This document shows positions 1 through 10,544 of a stretch of 64,000 nt of DNA, in pieces. The stretch is from an uncultured Candidatus Saccharibacteria bacterium (GTDB taxonomy: Bacteria; Patescibacteriota; Andersenbacteria; UBA10190). The DNA lies in contig CAZSUC010000001.1 of NCBI GenBank assembly GCA_964610055.1, positions 6,021 through 70,020 on the forward strand, in the 5' to 3' direction. The notes below the pieces were generated by a model. It was given only the letters and a program-made list of their open reading frames with translations, searched no databases and was not told the DNA's origin. Each line of letters opens with the position of its first letter. Positions within the stretch are counted from its first letter, which is position 1. Made by a program: the position numbers and the translations under genes.

Positions 1-1537
1 GCCCTGCTTCCAATTCAGTTAAATGACTTTGCTCGGGATTTAGCTGCACCCACTTATGCAAAGCTTCATCGGGATGCACTTCATCTCCCACCGTGTGCTC
101 ATGTGCCGCGACGCTCGTTAAAAAATGGACTGTCTGCAATGAGAAAGCATCCAAAACCAAATATGGCCGCATCTCACCCTCTTCAGCCAACTGATTAATA
201 TAATTTGATACCACCGTTAAATCGCCCCGATACGCATAATGCGCTTCCGCGTCATTGCGGGAAATTAAGAAATATAATGTCCCGTCATACAACCCGCTTA
301 ACATTAATAATCCTCCCGCTCCGCCCAGTACTGCCGCTTGTACCTGTTGCCATGTCATCTTTCTCTTTAACCAATACAAACTAACTGATCCCGCCGTTCC
401 TGCCATCATAAATATCGGCACCAACATTCCAATTGATCTTAATCCATGCGGTATTCCTTCCGCTGTCGTCACCACTGGCGCCAACATCCCACCCAGTAAT
501 AACAACAAATAGGGGAATATCATATCCAAATGCAGTTCTTCTCCTTTAAAAATCTTATAAACACATTCCACGGTTCCGTTGATCACCCATGCCAAACCCA
601 ATAAACCTAAAATTCCAACTAGCGGATTCAGTAGGGGAAACCCCGCCACGTTATGTCTCCAATTTAAATCGCCGCTCCCTGCAAAAAACGACATGAGCGT
701 TTCTCTAGTTGAATACCATAATGTCCCCATTAAAGTTCCACCTCCATACTCACGTTGCAAATCTGCACTAAATACTGATACCTGTCCTGCTCTCCCCACA
801 AAATCCTCCGGATTTTGCACAAAATACCAACCCAACGGGGCAAATACTATCACTGCTGCTGCCAGCCCCGCTAACATTTGCCAACCATAACGCTTCCAAT
901 GTTCTAACCCGACCTTTTTATGCAAAGCCGCTAACAATAATATCACTGCTATTCCCGCCACCACCCCCACCATAATGCGAAAGGCGATATAAGTGTAAAA
1001 TCCACCGGCAAAAGCTGCGCCTGCCAACACCGCATAAATATACGATCGTTTAATTTGGCCTTTTTTAACTGATTGCACCACATATCCAACCCACGCCGTA
1101 AACAAAGCTAAAAATAGGGGAATGAGAATCGCCCTAAATCCAGTCCGCGATAAAGTTGTATGCCAATAGCTTGTCGCCAGCAAAAAAGCTGCCAACACTC
1201 CGCTTAACCGACCAAACCAGACTCGCGTCGCAAAATATATTGAGAAGACCGTGAGAATACCAACTACTGCTGCTACCGCATGCAATTGCCAAACACCCAC
1301 ACCAAACAATGCAATCGACGCCGCTTCTAAATAATAGAACAACGCTTCTCGCCCATTACCGCGCGGATAAAAGGGTCGCATATCCCCGTCTAAGATCAAT
1401 AACGCATCTTCCCCATTAGCCGCTTCATCTGGAAATAATCCGGGGGGATAGTTTTTAATATCATACAGTCGAAACCACATCGCCAAGACCACAATCCCTA
1501 TTACCATCAAGCCGGTTATCCACGCCCGTTTACTCAT
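1..1537 (-). CDS. Glycosyltransferase family 39 (PMT/ArnT-like) polytopic membrane protein, partial; the 3' end runs off the window
   Basis: Reverse translation from the ATG at 1535-1537 gives MSKRAWITGLMVIGIVVLAMWFRLYDIKNYPPGLFPDEA..., the typical GT39/ArnT N-terminus. The frame stays open to position 1 with no stop. It is not in the ORF track because it has no in-window stop. Confidence 0.6.
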   Translation of the reverse strand, partial: MSKRAWITGLMVIGIVVLAMWFRLYDIKNYPPGLFPDEAANGEDALLILDGDMRPFYPRGNGREALFYYLEAASIALFGVGVWQLHAVAAVVGILTVFSIYFATRVWFGRLSGVLAAFLLATSYWHTTLSRTGFRAILIPLFLALFTAWVGYVVQSVKKGQIKRSYIYAVLAGAAFAGGFYTYIAFRIMVGVVAGIAVILLLAALHKKVGLEHWKRYGWQMLAGLAAAVIVFAPLGWYFVQNPEDFVGRAGQVSVFSADLQREYGGGTLMGTLWYSTRETLMSFFAGSGDLNWRHNVAGFPLLNPLVGILGLLGLAWVINGTVECVYKIFKGEELHLDMIFPYLLLLLGGMLAPVVTTAEGIPHGLRSIGMLVPIFMMAGTAGSVSLYWLKRKMTWQQVQAAVLGGAGGLLMLSGLYDGTLYFLISRNDAEAHYAYRGDLTVVSNYINQLAEEGEMRPYLVLDAFSLQTVHFLTSVAAHEHTVGDEVHPDEALHKWVQLNPEQSHLTELEAG

Positions 1538-1579
1538 GCACACATTGTAGCAAAAAACCCCACAAATTTAATAAATGTT

Positions 1580-1655
1580 ATACTAATCTACATGTTCAAC
1601 GGTCTATCCCGTCGCAAAACAATCTATGCGTTTTTTGGAGCCATTACTGGCGCAA
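1580..1655 (+). repeat. Copy 1 of a 76-bp perfect direct repeat covering the -10-like box, start codon and first 21 codons of a small membrane-protein gene
   Basis: atactaatctacatgttcaacggtctatcccgtcgcaaaacaatctatgcgttttttggagccattactggcgcaa, identical to 1918-1993. Confidence 0.8.
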
Positions 1656-1924
1656 TTCCTGGATTAATCTGGATTTGGTTTTTTAATTCAATTGCTATTG
1701 GACTAGGGGAAGAAGAATTTCTTTTTACTACTCAATATCCTCTCGCCTCAATTTTGTTAGTAGTTATCCCAATGGCTATCGCGATTAACTATTCTTTATA
1801 CGTTGCGACTATAGCTAATAACCATCGCCGATTCAAACTCGCTTTAGTTATTCCAGGTATTACATTGGTAACTATCTTTTTGTATATATCATTCGTCGTG
1901 CTGACTCATCTTCTCTCATACTAA
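1592..1924 (+). CDS. Small hypothetical membrane protein with about three predicted TM helices
   Basis: 110-aa ORF with a hydrophobic profile. Its 5' end lies inside the 76-bp repeat. Confidence 0.4.
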   Translation: MFNGLSRRKTIYAFFGAITGAIPGLIWIWFFNSIAIGLGEEEFLFTTQYPLASILLVVIPMAIAINYSLYVATIANNHRRFKLALVIPGITLVTIFLYISFVVLTHLLSY

Positions 1925-1993
1925 TCTACATGTTCAACGGTCTATCCCGTCGCAAAACAATCTATGCGTTTTTTGGAGCCATTACTGGCGCAA
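1918..1993 (+). repeat. Copy 2 of the 76-bp direct repeat, period 338 bp
   Basis: Exact match to 1580-1655. It starts 6 nt before the stop of ORF 1592..1924. Confidence 0.8.
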
Positions 1994-2148
1994 CCATTAT
2001 CTGTGCCTCAGTTACAACATTCACCACGCACACTACCAACGCCACCGCGCAAACCTTGATACGCATCACAATCACTCCTTATGCAATTGTCAGAGAACAA
2101 AAAACGTGTCTTAAATTTAATAAAATTGTTCTAGCGAAGCAAAGCTAA
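1930..2148 (+). CDS. Paralogous start or duplicated 5' gene fragment. The first 21 aa are the same as ORF 1592..1924, then the C-terminus is unrelated. It may be a pseudogene.
   Basis: MFNGLSRRKTIYAFFGAITGA is shared, followed by TIICASVTTFTTHTTNATAQ... Confidence 0.25.
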   Translation: MFNGLSRRKTIYAFFGAITGATIICASVTTFTTHTTNATAQTLIRITITPYAIVREQKTCLKFNKIVLAKQS

Positions 2149-2155
2149 TTTAACT

Positions 2156-4984
2156 TTATCCCAGCATCTTCTTTAAATATTGCCCGGTATAACTTTGTTT
2201 AACCTGTGCCACTTCTCGCGGTGTACCTACCGCCACCACCGTCCCGCCATGATCACCGCCATCCGGCCCCATATCAATAATATGATCGGCCGACTTAATG
2301 ACATCTAAATTATGTTCAATCACTAACACTGAATTACCCTTATCAACCAACCGCTGTAACACCGCCAACAATCGCCGCACATCATCAAAATGCAAACCAG
2401 TCGTTGGCTCGTCTAAAATATACAAAGTTTTACCTGTCGCCCGTCGCGATAATTCAGTCGCTAATTTAATCCGCTGCGCTTCTCCACCCGACAAGGTTGT
2501 CGCTGGCTGACCCAAGTGAATATATCCTAGCCCCACATCGTTCAAAGTTTGCATTTTATCTCTAATTGTCGGCACTGGTTTGAAAAATTCCAACGCCTGT
2601 TCCACCGTCATATCCAATACATCTGCAATCGTCTTCCCTTTATATTCCACCTCCAACGCCTCCGCGTTATACCGCTTCCCATGACACTCATCACACTCAA
2701 CATAAACATCCGGCAAGAAATGCATCTCAATCTTTAGCACTCCATCGCCCTGACACGTCTCACATCGTCCACCCTTCACATTAAATGAGAACCGCCCCGC
2801 CTGATACCCCCGCACTCGCGCTTCTTCGGTTGCGGCAAACAAATCTCTAATAGACGTAAACACACCGGTGTACGTGGCTGGATTACTTCTCGGCGTTCGA
2901 CCAATCGGAGACTGATCAATCGTAATTACCTTATCTAAATTACTTAATCCAGTAATCTTTTCGTATCTTCCCGGTTGCGTGCGAGCGCGATGAAATTCTC
3001 GCGCCAACACTTTCGCCAAAATATCATTGATCAAAGTTGATTTTCCCGACCCCGACACCCCTGTCACACACGTAAATACACCCAATGGAATATCGACTGT
3101 TACGTTTTTCAAATTATGCTCGCTCGCATTTTTTATACTCAACACCTTCCCCGAACCGTGGCGATATTCTTTCGGCGCTTCAATTTCTAATTTACCAGCT
3201 AAATATTTTCCGGTTAAAGTCGCGCTGCGCTCTAACTGCTTCGGTGTTCCTTGAAAAACCACCACGCCGCCATGCTTACCCGCACCCGGACCAATATCAA
3301 TTACCTGATCCGCCATCCGAATAGTTTCCTCATCATGTTCAACTACCACCACGCTGTTACCTAGATCACGCAAGTTAATCAATGTCTTAATTAACCGACT
3401 ATTGTCACGTTGGTGTAATCCAATCGATGGTTCATCTAAAATATACAGCACACCCACCAAGCCTGATCCAATTTGAGTCGCCAACCGAATCCGTTGCGCT
3501 TCTCCGCCAGCTAAAGTTGAAGCTCGTCGATCCAAAGTCAGATAAGATAATCCCACATTCTCTAAAAACTGCAACCGATCACAAACTTCCTTTAAAATCT
3601 GTTTAGCAATCTTTTGTTTTTGCTCACCAAATTCCAGATTTTTACCCGCACGCATTGTCCGGAAAAAATCTAACAGCTTATCTACCGGCATCGTCACAAT
3701 TTCATTGATATTTTTCCCACCCACCGTCACTGCTAAAGGACCTGGTTTTAATTTCTTCCCCTGACATACCGGACATTCCTGCTCTATCATATATTGCTCA
3801 ATCTCCAGCTTCATCGCTTCACTGCTAGACTCGCGATAACGACGCATTAATTGCGGAATTACCCCTTCATACACCGTTTCCCAAGTCCCGCGCTGAGTGC
3901 GCACTGTAATCGCTATATCTGAACCATATAATATTTTTTCTAAATCCTGCGCCGGCAAATCCTGCACTGGCACTTGCATATCAATTCCTTCCGCCCGGGC
4001 AAATGTTCGTAGCAACTTATCATACCATCGACTACGTCCCGATTTACTCCAGGGCTTAATTGCCCCTTCCGCTAAACTTAATCGTCGATTTGGCACCACT
4101 AAATCTTCAGAAATTTCTTGTTTCGTTCCTAATCCCGTACATTCCGGACATGCTCCATGCGGAGAATTAAATGAAAAATCCCGTGGCTCAATCGACGGTA
4201 AACTTACCCCACATTCCGAACAAGCAAAATCTTCCGAAAAATTCCATTCCTGATCCCCCTCAGCCTCCGCCACCACCACTAAACCACCACCATGTTTCAC
4301 TGCTGTTTCCAAAGAATCAATTAACCGCGGCTTATCTGGTTTGTCTTCCAAGAAATATCGATCCACCACGATTTCAATCGTGTGTCTCTTTTGTTTATCC
4401 AATTTTATTCCTAACGCTTCATCTAATTCATACGCTGTTCCGTCCAATCTAACTCTGGCATAACCTAAATTGCGCACATCTTCCAATACTTGCCGATGCT
4501 CTCCTTTCCGATCTCGCACAATCGGCGCTAAAATCAACAACTTACTTCCGTGCGGTAACTTCACTACCTGATCCGCCATTTGCTTAACTGATTGACGCTC
4601 AATCAAACGTCCGCATTGTGGACAATGTGCTGTCCCAGTGCGTGAATACAACAAGCGTAAATAATCATATATTTCCGTTACTGTTCCAACCGTCGAACGC
4701 GGATTCCTGGAAGACGTTTTTTGATCAATTGAAATAGCAGGGGAGAGACCATCAATCTGATCAACATCAGGTTTATCCATCAAGCCTAAAAATTGCCGCG
4801 CGTAAGCCGACAACGATTCCACATATCTACGCTGGCCTTCCGCATACAACGTATCAAACGCCAAAGAGGACTTCCCCGAGCCAGACAATCCGGTTAAAAC
4901 CACCAGCTTATTCCGTGGAATTTTCACCGTAATATTTCGCAGATTATGCACCCGCGCTCCTTTGATTACAATTTCATCGGCCAT
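2156..4984 (-). CDS. uvrA: Excinuclease ABC subunit A
   Basis: 942 aa with two ABC ATPase modules ([14 protein letters not shown]..., [13 protein letters not shown]...) and zinc-finger Cys clusters. Confidence 0.95.
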   Translation of the reverse strand: MADEIVIKGARVHNLRNITVKIPRNKLVVLTGLSGSGKSSLAFDTLYAEGQRRYVESLSAYARQFLGLMDKPDVDQIDGLSPAISIDQKTSSRNPRSTVGTVTEIYDYLRLLYSRTGTAHCPQCGRLIERQSVKQMADQVVKLPHGSKLLILAPIVRDRKGEHRQVLEDVRNLGYARVRLDGTAYELDEALGIKLDKQKRHTIEIVVDRYFLEDKPDKPRLIDSLETAVKHGGGLVVVAEAEGDQEWNFSEDFACSECGVSLPSIEPRDFSFNSPHGACPECTGLGTKQEISEDLVVPNRRLSLAEGAIKPWSKSGRSRWYDKLLRTFARAEGIDMQVPVQDLPAQDLEKILYGSDIAITVRTQRGTWETVYEGVIPQLMRRYRESSSEAMKLEIEQYMIEQECPVCQGKKLKPGPLAVTVGGKNINEIVTMPVDKLLDFFRTMRAGKNLEFGEQKQKIAKQILKEVCDRLQFLENVGLSYLTLDRRASTLAGGEAQRIRLATQIGSGLVGVLYILDEPSIGLHQRDNSRLIKTLINLRDLGNSVVVVEHDEETIRMADQVIDIGPGAGKHGGVVVFQGTPKQLERSATLTGKYLAGKLEIEAPKEYRHGSGKVLSIKNASEHNLKNVTVDIPLGVFTCVTGVSGSGKSTLINDILAKVLAREFHRARTQPGRYEKITGLSNLDKVITIDQSPIGRTPRSNPATYTGVFTSIRDLFAATEEARVRGYQAGRFSFNVKGGRCETCQGDGVLKIEMHFLPDVYVECDECHGKRYNAEALEVEYKGKTIADVLDMTVEQALEFFKPVPTIRDKMQTLNDVGLGYIHLGQPATTLSGGEAQRIKLATELSRRATGKTLYILDEPTTGLHFDDVRRLLAVLQRLVDKGNSVLVIEHNLDVIKSADHIIDMGPDGGDHGGTVVAVGTPREVAQVKQSYTGQYLKKMLG

Positions 4985-5072
4985 AGCAAAGAATTAGTAT
5001 AGGCTGTTTGTCAACTCAGAGCAACCTCGCTTAAAAGACAATTTCGCTTTATCTCGGTAACATACATAATAT

Positions 5073-6857
5073 ATGTCGGAAAATTTGGCTCAGCAATTAA
5101 AAAGTTTACCAGCCCAACCCGGAGTTTACATTTTTAAAAATTCCGCCGGAGAAGTGCTTTATGTTGGCAAAGCCAAAAAACTGCGTTCTCGGGTCCCCAG
5201 CTATTTTCGCCCTCGCGCCAATTTAGACCCCGCCAAAGCCCGCATGGTTCCTAAAATCTCCTCTCTCGACACTATATTGTGCGACACTGAGATAGAAGCC
5301 CTAGTTTTAGAAGCCAACCTCATCCGCCAACACAAACCTCCATATAACGTCCTGCTCACCGACGATAAATTTTACCTCTTCATAAAAATAACCAACGAAC
5401 CCCTCCCCCGCATCTACCCTGTACGACGTATTTCGCCAGACGGCGCAAAATATTTTGGTCCCTACTCCTCCGCCAAGTCAGTCCGCGATACTCTGCAATT
5501 ACTTCGTCGCATCTTCCCTTATCATGGCGAAAAAGATCATCCTCGTGATCGCATCTTTCCTCATTCCCTTTTCCATACTAATTCCAATCACCCTGCTCAT
5601 ATTACTCCCGCCGAATATCAGACCAATATTGCTCAAATCACTCGTTTTCTTCAGGGTGATCGGGACGAAATTTTACAGACCCTTACTTCTGGCATGCGCC
5701 TTGCTTCACAAGCGCACGAATATGAACGTGCCGCTCTTTTTCGTGATCAAATCACAGCTATCGAACGCCTTGAAGGTAATCAAAAAGTATATTTGTCTCG
5801 CCCCGAACCATTTGACGTCTTCAGTCTTGCTCATGAAAAAACTCGCACCGCTGCTAATATTTTTTCTATTCGTAAAGGAAAACTTTTAGCCAAAAATACT
5901 TTCTTACTGAAACATTCTCCCGGCACAACTACTTCTGATATCCTCCGCCAATTTCTACTTCAATATTATCGCGATGCCCAAGACATTCCTCAACGCGTCT
6001 TTTTACCTGAACTCCCTGCCGATAGTTCCGTGATTCGTCGCTGGATTAATCCTCATCATCCGCCTCGCTTTACCATTCCTCAGCGGGGATCCAAAAAGAA
6101 ACTGCTTACCATGGGCATCGCTAACGCCCAACAATTACTTACTCATGAACGCACTCACTTTGAACAAGACGCTCGCCTCAAACAAGCTCTCAGTGAATTA
6201 ACCCAGGCTTTGCATCTCTCTTCCCGTCCACTACATCGGATTGAAACTTATGATATTTCGAATACTCAGGGCACTAACGCCACCGGCTCTATGGTTGTCT
6301 TCATCGACGGTCACCCTCGTCCGGGCGAATACCGCAAATTCCGCCTCAAACCAGAGCCGGATCTTCCTGCCGGACAAGCTAATGACTATCGCATGCTCCA
6401 ACAAGTCCTCTCCCGACGTTTTAGTGTTAAACACTCCGACTGGACTCAACCCGACCTCGTTATCATTGACGGCGGTAAAGGCCAACTGTCTTCTGCTCTC
6501 AAAATCATGCGCGAACTTGCTCCTCAAATCCCAGTTGTGTCTCTCGCCAAACAAGAAGAGCTGTTATTCCTTCCTAACCAATCCGAACCAGTCCGACTAC
6601 CTTATGATTCCGACGCTCTTTATCTCGTTCAGCGTATGCGCGACGAAGCTCATCGTTTTACTATTCAATACCATCGCTTACTTCGCAGCCGCCGCTCCAC
6701 CCGTTCTGTCCTTGATGACATTCCTGGCATCGGCCCCAAGACCAAACGTAAGTTGCTCCGCCACTTTGGTTCCATCCAACGTCTCCGCTCCAGCTCCCTG
6801 GCTGAGTTGGAAGCCGTCATCGGTAGCAAAGCTGCTGTCCTAAAAGAATTTTTATAG
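5073..6857 (+). CDS. uvrC: Excinuclease ABC subunit C
   Basis: GIY-YIG N-terminus (GVYIFKNSAGEVLYVGKAKKLRSRV), a UvrBC motif, and an RNase H-like domain plus HhH at the C-terminus. It is divergent from uvrA. Confidence 0.9.
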   Translation: MSENLAQQLKSLPAQPGVYIFKNSAGEVLYVGKAKKLRSRVPSYFRPRANLDPAKARMVPKISSLDTILCDTEIEALVLEANLIRQHKPPYNVLLTDDKFYLFIKITNEPLPRIYPVRRISPDGAKYFGPYSSAKSVRDTLQLLRRIFPYHGEKDHPRDRIFPHSLFHTNSNHPAHITPAEYQTNIAQITRFLQGDRDEILQTLTSGMRLASQAHEYERAALFRDQITAIERLEGNQKVYLSRPEPFDVFSLAHEKTRTAANIFSIRKGKLLAKNTFLLKHSPGTTTSDILRQFLLQYYRDAQDIPQRVFLPELPADSSVIRRWINPHHPPRFTIPQRGSKKKLLTMGIANAQQLLTHERTHFEQDARLKQALSELTQALHLSSRPLHRIETYDISNTQGTNATGSMVVFIDGHPRPGEYRKFRLKPEPDLPAGQANDYRMLQQVLSRRFSVKHSDWTQPDLVIIDGGKGQLSSALKIMRELAPQIPVVSLAKQEELLFLPNQSEPVRLPYDSDALYLVQRMRDEAHRFTIQYHRLLRSRRSTRSVLDDIPGIGPKTKRKLLRHFGSIQRLRSSSLAELEAVIGSKAAVLKEFL

Positions 6858-6938
6858 TAATTGTGGTAAAATATAAAGACAAATTTATAAAACATTGTCA
6901 ACCTTGACGCCTTCCTCATCCTTCCGTAACGTAGAGGA

Positions 6939-7169
6939 TTGACACTTCATCTACCTATGACTTTCTCAGACATCGCCCTTATTATCGTCTCACTTGGCCT
7001 TATCTCTGCCATACTATTGCAAAACCGCTCAGCCGGACTCGGCGGCGCTTTTGGCGGCGGTGAAGGCTTTTATGTCCGGCGCGGTAGCGAAAAACGGCTT
7101 TTCCAAATCACTGTTATCCTAGCCGTTATTTTCCTCGTTATTGTCGCTTCCCACCTTTTCGTAAACTAA
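6939..7169 (+). CDS. secG: Preprotein translocase subunit SecG
   Basis: 76 aa with two TM segments and a Gly-rich loop (SAGLGGAFGGGEGF). Confidence 0.6.
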   Translation: MTLHLPMTFSDIALIIVSLGLISAILLQNRSAGLGGAFGGGEGFYVRRGSEKRLFQITVILAVIFLVIVASHLFVN

Positions 7170-7173
7170 AACC

Positions 7174-7689
7174 TTGGCCTTTAATCAGCCCCTCAATCTA
7201 TCCCTATTCACTCGGCGTTTACCTGTTATCCTAGCGCTTGTTCTCCTCTCTGTCGGTGGTATTTTCTTACTCACTCGCGCTGACCGCCAAGCTCGCGACA
7301 CTATTCGCAAGCATCATCTACAAGATATAGAAGACTCATTGTATTTAGCCTATTCGACTCACGGTGAATATCCGCCTTATGGAGTTTCTTCTTGGTGCGG
7401 TCGTCTTAATGATCCAGCTAACGCAGAAATCCGCGCCCAAATTGAAACCAGCCTACGCCAAAAAATTGAAAAATACGCTAATCCTGATAAACCTTTCCCA
7501 AGCGACCCTAGCTATGCCGGCACCAATCAAGACTATTTTTACTGGAAACACAGTCCTGCTTCCTTTGAACTTTTTTCCATTTTAGAAGCGGATGACAATA
7601 ACAATCGCACTGTCACTGCTTGCACTGAAGCCGACGATAGTACTGCTTACGACTACGGCATCAATTCCATTTTACGCGAACAACCCTAG
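7174..7689 (+). CDS. Pilin/pseudopilin-like protein without a canonical prepilin-peptidase leader
   Basis: N-terminal TM anchor, then RQARDTIRKHHLQDIEDSLYLAYSTHGEYPP, which matches the conserved pilin-core pattern ARDARRKSDLRQIQTALELYYNDNGSYP. There is no G/FTLIE site. Confidence 0.35.
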   Translation: MAFNQPLNLSLFTRRLPVILALVLLSVGGIFLLTRADRQARDTIRKHHLQDIEDSLYLAYSTHGEYPPYGVSSWCGRLNDPANAEIRAQIETSLRQKIEKYANPDKPFPSDPSYAGTNQDYFYWKHSPASFELFSILEADDNNNRTVTACTEADDSTAYDYGINSILREQP

Positions 7690-7694
7690 TCCTC

Positions 7695-9434
7695 ATGTTT
7701 AAGCTTCCGTCTAATTTTTCGCGTTTACGTTTCCCTAAATTACAGTGGCCCGCTTTTACTGAACGTATTCGCACTCATCTTTCGCGTACCGAACAAGCCT
7801 TGCTCGGCTGGCTCATTCTTTTAGTTTTCGTTTCTGGAATTTGGAGCTTAGTTGGATATATCGGCCGCCATACCGAACTCATTGCTCAAACCGGCGGTAC
7901 TTACACCGAAGCCGCCGTTGGTCAACCGCGTTATCTCAACCCTATCCTCGCCATCCGCAGTGGTAACGACATTGATGTCGATATTTCTCAGCTCGTCTAC
8001 TCGTCTCTCTTCAAATTCGACTCTGATTTAAACTTAGTTCCTGATTTAGCCACAACTTACGAGCTCTCCGAAAACGACACTCTTTACACCGTTCACTTAC
8101 GCAACGATGTCCAATGGCACGACGGCGAACATTTTGATGCTGACGACGTTCTTTTCACTATCCGCAGTATCCAAACTCCTGATTACGGCTCCCCCCTCGA
8201 GAGCGATTTTCAAGGCATTGTGATCGAAAAAATTGATGACTACACCATTACCTTCAAACTCAGTAATCCTTACGCTCCTTTTCTCTCCAGCCTGACTGTC
8301 GGTATTGTTCCTGAACATGTTTGGGAAGATATCGCTCCTAACAACGCTCCTTTAGCGGAACAAATTCTTAAACCAGTCGGTACCGGCCCTTACCAATTTG
8401 CAGAACGAAAAACTCGTCGTAAAACCGGTGAAATTACTGAAATTCACCTCGAACGCAACGACAAATATTATGGCCAGCACCAATATATCGATGATATTAT
8501 CTTTGCTTTTTACAACAGTTATGACGAAGCCACCCAAGCTCTTGTCTCCGGCCAAGTCGACGGCGTCAGTTTCCTACCACTTCAATATTTAGAAGATATT
8601 GAAAAACATAAATCTCTTACCATTCACGAACTTAAGTTACCTCAGTATTTTGCCCTCTTCTTTAATCAACAACGCAATGATATTCTGAACGACTCCGGTA
8701 TTCGTAACGCCCTTGCTCTCGGTACTAATCGCGAAGAAATCGTTCAAGAAGCCTTGCAAGGTATGGGTGAACCTCTTCAGCTTCCTATTCCGCCTGGTAT
8801 TTTTGCTTTTAATAATGAATTAGGCGGCTCCAGTTACGACGAGGAAAAAGCCAAACAAAATCTCGAAGAATCTGGTTGGACTGACATTGACGGCGATGGT
8901 ATTCGTGAAAAAGATGACACACGTTTACACTTAACTATTACCACAACCGATTGGCCTGATTACGTTCGCACGGCTGAAATTATTCAAGCCCAATGGCAAA
9001 AAATTGGCATTGAAACTGAAATCCAGCACTACGGTGCCGGCACTATCCAACAAACTGTTATTCGTCCCCGCGACTATGAAATTTTACTCTTCGGTCAAAT
9101 TTTACCAGCCATCCCCGACCCTTATCCTTTCTGGCATTCCACTCAAACCCGCAGCCCCGGCCTTAATTTCTCCCTCTTCAAAAACGAACAAGTCGATAAG
9201 CTCTTGGAAGAAGCCCGCAAAACCATGGATGACTCTGTTCGCCGAGAAAAATATGAAGAGTTTCAAGGTATCATCTTAGACCTCAAACCTGCTCTAATTC
9301 TGTATCGTCCGTATTATCTTTTTGCTGCCAAAAACTCTGTGCGCGGTATTAACGCTAATAACGCCGCTTTAACTTCCGGTCGCTTTAATAATATTGAAGA
9401 ATGGCACGTCCGCACTAAACGCGTTTGGAAATAA
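7695..9434 (+). CDS. ABC transporter substrate-binding protein, family 5 (OppA/DppA-like), membrane-anchored, orphan
   Basis: 579 aa with an N-terminal TM and an SBP_bac_5-like sequence. No permease or ATPase genes are adjacent. Confidence 0.7.
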   Translation: MFKLPSNFSRLRFPKLQWPAFTERIRTHLSRTEQALLGWLILLVFVSGIWSLVGYIGRHTELIAQTGGTYTEAAVGQPRYLNPILAIRSGNDIDVDISQLVYSSLFKFDSDLNLVPDLATTYELSENDTLYTVHLRNDVQWHDGEHFDADDVLFTIRSIQTPDYGSPLESDFQGIVIEKIDDYTITFKLSNPYAPFLSSLTVGIVPEHVWEDIAPNNAPLAEQILKPVGTGPYQFAERKTRRKTGEITEIHLERNDKYYGQHQYIDDIIFAFYNSYDEATQALVSGQVDGVSFLPLQYLEDIEKHKSLTIHELKLPQYFALFFNQQRNDILNDSGIRNALALGTNREEIVQEALQGMGEPLQLPIPPGIFAFNNELGGSSYDEEKAKQNLEESGWTDIDGDGIREKDDTRLHLTITTTDWPDYVRTAEIIQAQWQKIGIETEIQHYGAGTIQQTVIRPRDYEILLFGQILPAIPDPYPFWHSTQTRSPGLNFSLFKNEQVDKLLEEARKTMDDSVRREKYEEFQGIILDLKPALILYRPYYLFAAKNSVRGINANNAALTSGRFNNIEEWHVRTKRVWK

Positions 9435-9477
9435 TTATCCATTGCCGTTTCTGTAAGTCAGTGCCTACAATACCTGT

Positions 9478-10476
9478 ATGCACAACATCATTTCTCAATT
9501 ACCCGATCAAATTCTTCATTCTTTAGAAGTCAACGCCGCAGTTACGGCTGACTCTCAAGCCGACAGTCTCATCCTGGCCGGCCTCGGCGGCAGCTGGCAA
9601 CCAGGTGAACTGCTTAATCTCTTAGACCTCCCCACCGTTCCCCTATACATTCACCGCAATTACGGACTACCCCACATTTTTTCTCAAAAACCACTGCTCA
9701 TCGCGAGCTCATACTCCGGTAATACCGAAGAAACAATCTCCGCTTATGAAGCGGCTCACACCGCCGGTTACCCCATCTTAGTTAATTCCGCCGGTGGTAC
9801 TTTAGCCGAATGGGCTGCGCGTGATAATTTCCCCTTTGCTAAAATCGACTACCCCGGCATGCAGCCACGCCACACCACCTTAGCCAGCTTCACTGGTCTG
9901 TATACCGCCTTGCGCAACGCTGGTTTAGTTAAAGATATTACTAACGATTTAGTTACTGCCGCCGCTACCCTGCGCACAGTTTTAGCCGACATCGAAACTC
10001 CAGCCCAAGCTGTAGCCGACACTCTCGTCGGTAAAATCCCGCTATACATCGCTTCTGATGAAATGGCCTATGCCGCTTGGAATTTCAAAATCCAAACTAA
10101 CGAAAATACTAAAGCGCCCGCATTTTGGAATAAGCTGCCGGAAGCCAATCACAACGAACTGGTCAGTTTCAGTTCCTTGAAAACAATTTTCTCTGATCCA
10201 ACTCACGCCCCGCAATTTCACGCTGTCTTCCTGCACAGCAGTCTCGATTACCCCCGCACTCAAACTCGCCTTAAGATTACTCGTGACCTGTACGAACAAT
10301 GGGGCATTACAACAACTGACCTGGTTTTGGCTGGTACTTCTCGCCTTGATCAAATCTTTTATGCCATCGCCTTTGGTCTCACCACCACCTTAGCTTTAGC
10401 CGAAAAATACGGCATCGACCCTATCCCCGTCGCTGGAGTTGAAGACTTTAAGTCCCGCCTTAAAAAAGCCTCTTAA
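9478..10476 (+). CDS. Bifunctional phosphoglucose/phosphomannose isomerase (SIS domain)
   Basis: GLGGSW...SSYSGNTEET... SIS motifs, PGI/PMI type. Confidence 0.7.
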   Translation: MHNIISQLPDQILHSLEVNAAVTADSQADSLILAGLGGSWQPGELLNLLDLPTVPLYIHRNYGLPHIFSQKPLLIASSYSGNTEETISAYEAAHTAGYPILVNSAGGTLAEWAARDNFPFAKIDYPGMQPRHTTLASFTGLYTALRNAGLVKDITNDLVTAAATLRTVLADIETPAQAVADTLVGKIPLYIASDEMAYAAWNFKIQTNENTKAPAFWNKLPEANHNELVSFSSLKTIFSDPTHAPQFHAVFLHSSLDYPRTQTRLKITRDLYEQWGITTTDLVLAGTSRLDQIFYAIAFGLTTTLALAEKYGIDPIPVAGVEDFKSRLKKAS

Positions 10477-10544
10477 TATGGCCTATTAATCACGCAGAAT
10501 TGGTAAACGTACTGCAATATTAAACATTATACTAAATACTAAAT

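Noticed and set aside
255-890. Plus-strand track ORFs 255..512 and 579..890
   Set aside because: They are antisense to the much longer GT39-like frame that is open from 1537 to 1. There are no expression signals.
2298-4452. Several plus-strand ORFs inside uvrA
   Set aside because: Antisense shadow ORFs within a well-supported 942-aa gene.
5455-6919. ORFs 5455..5889, 6231..6554, 6241..6843 and 6665..6919
   Set aside because: Alternative-frame or antisense ORFs within uvrC.
10490-10515. Sequence agaattggtaaac upstream of the LAGLIDADG gene, resembling the tRNA-Leu D-loop (gaaattggtaaac). This looked like a possible duplicated tRNA 5' fragment from endonuclease-gene insertion.
   Set aside because: Identity does not extend beyond about 12 nt and there is no acceptor or anticodon arm. 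It is too short to distinguish from chance.
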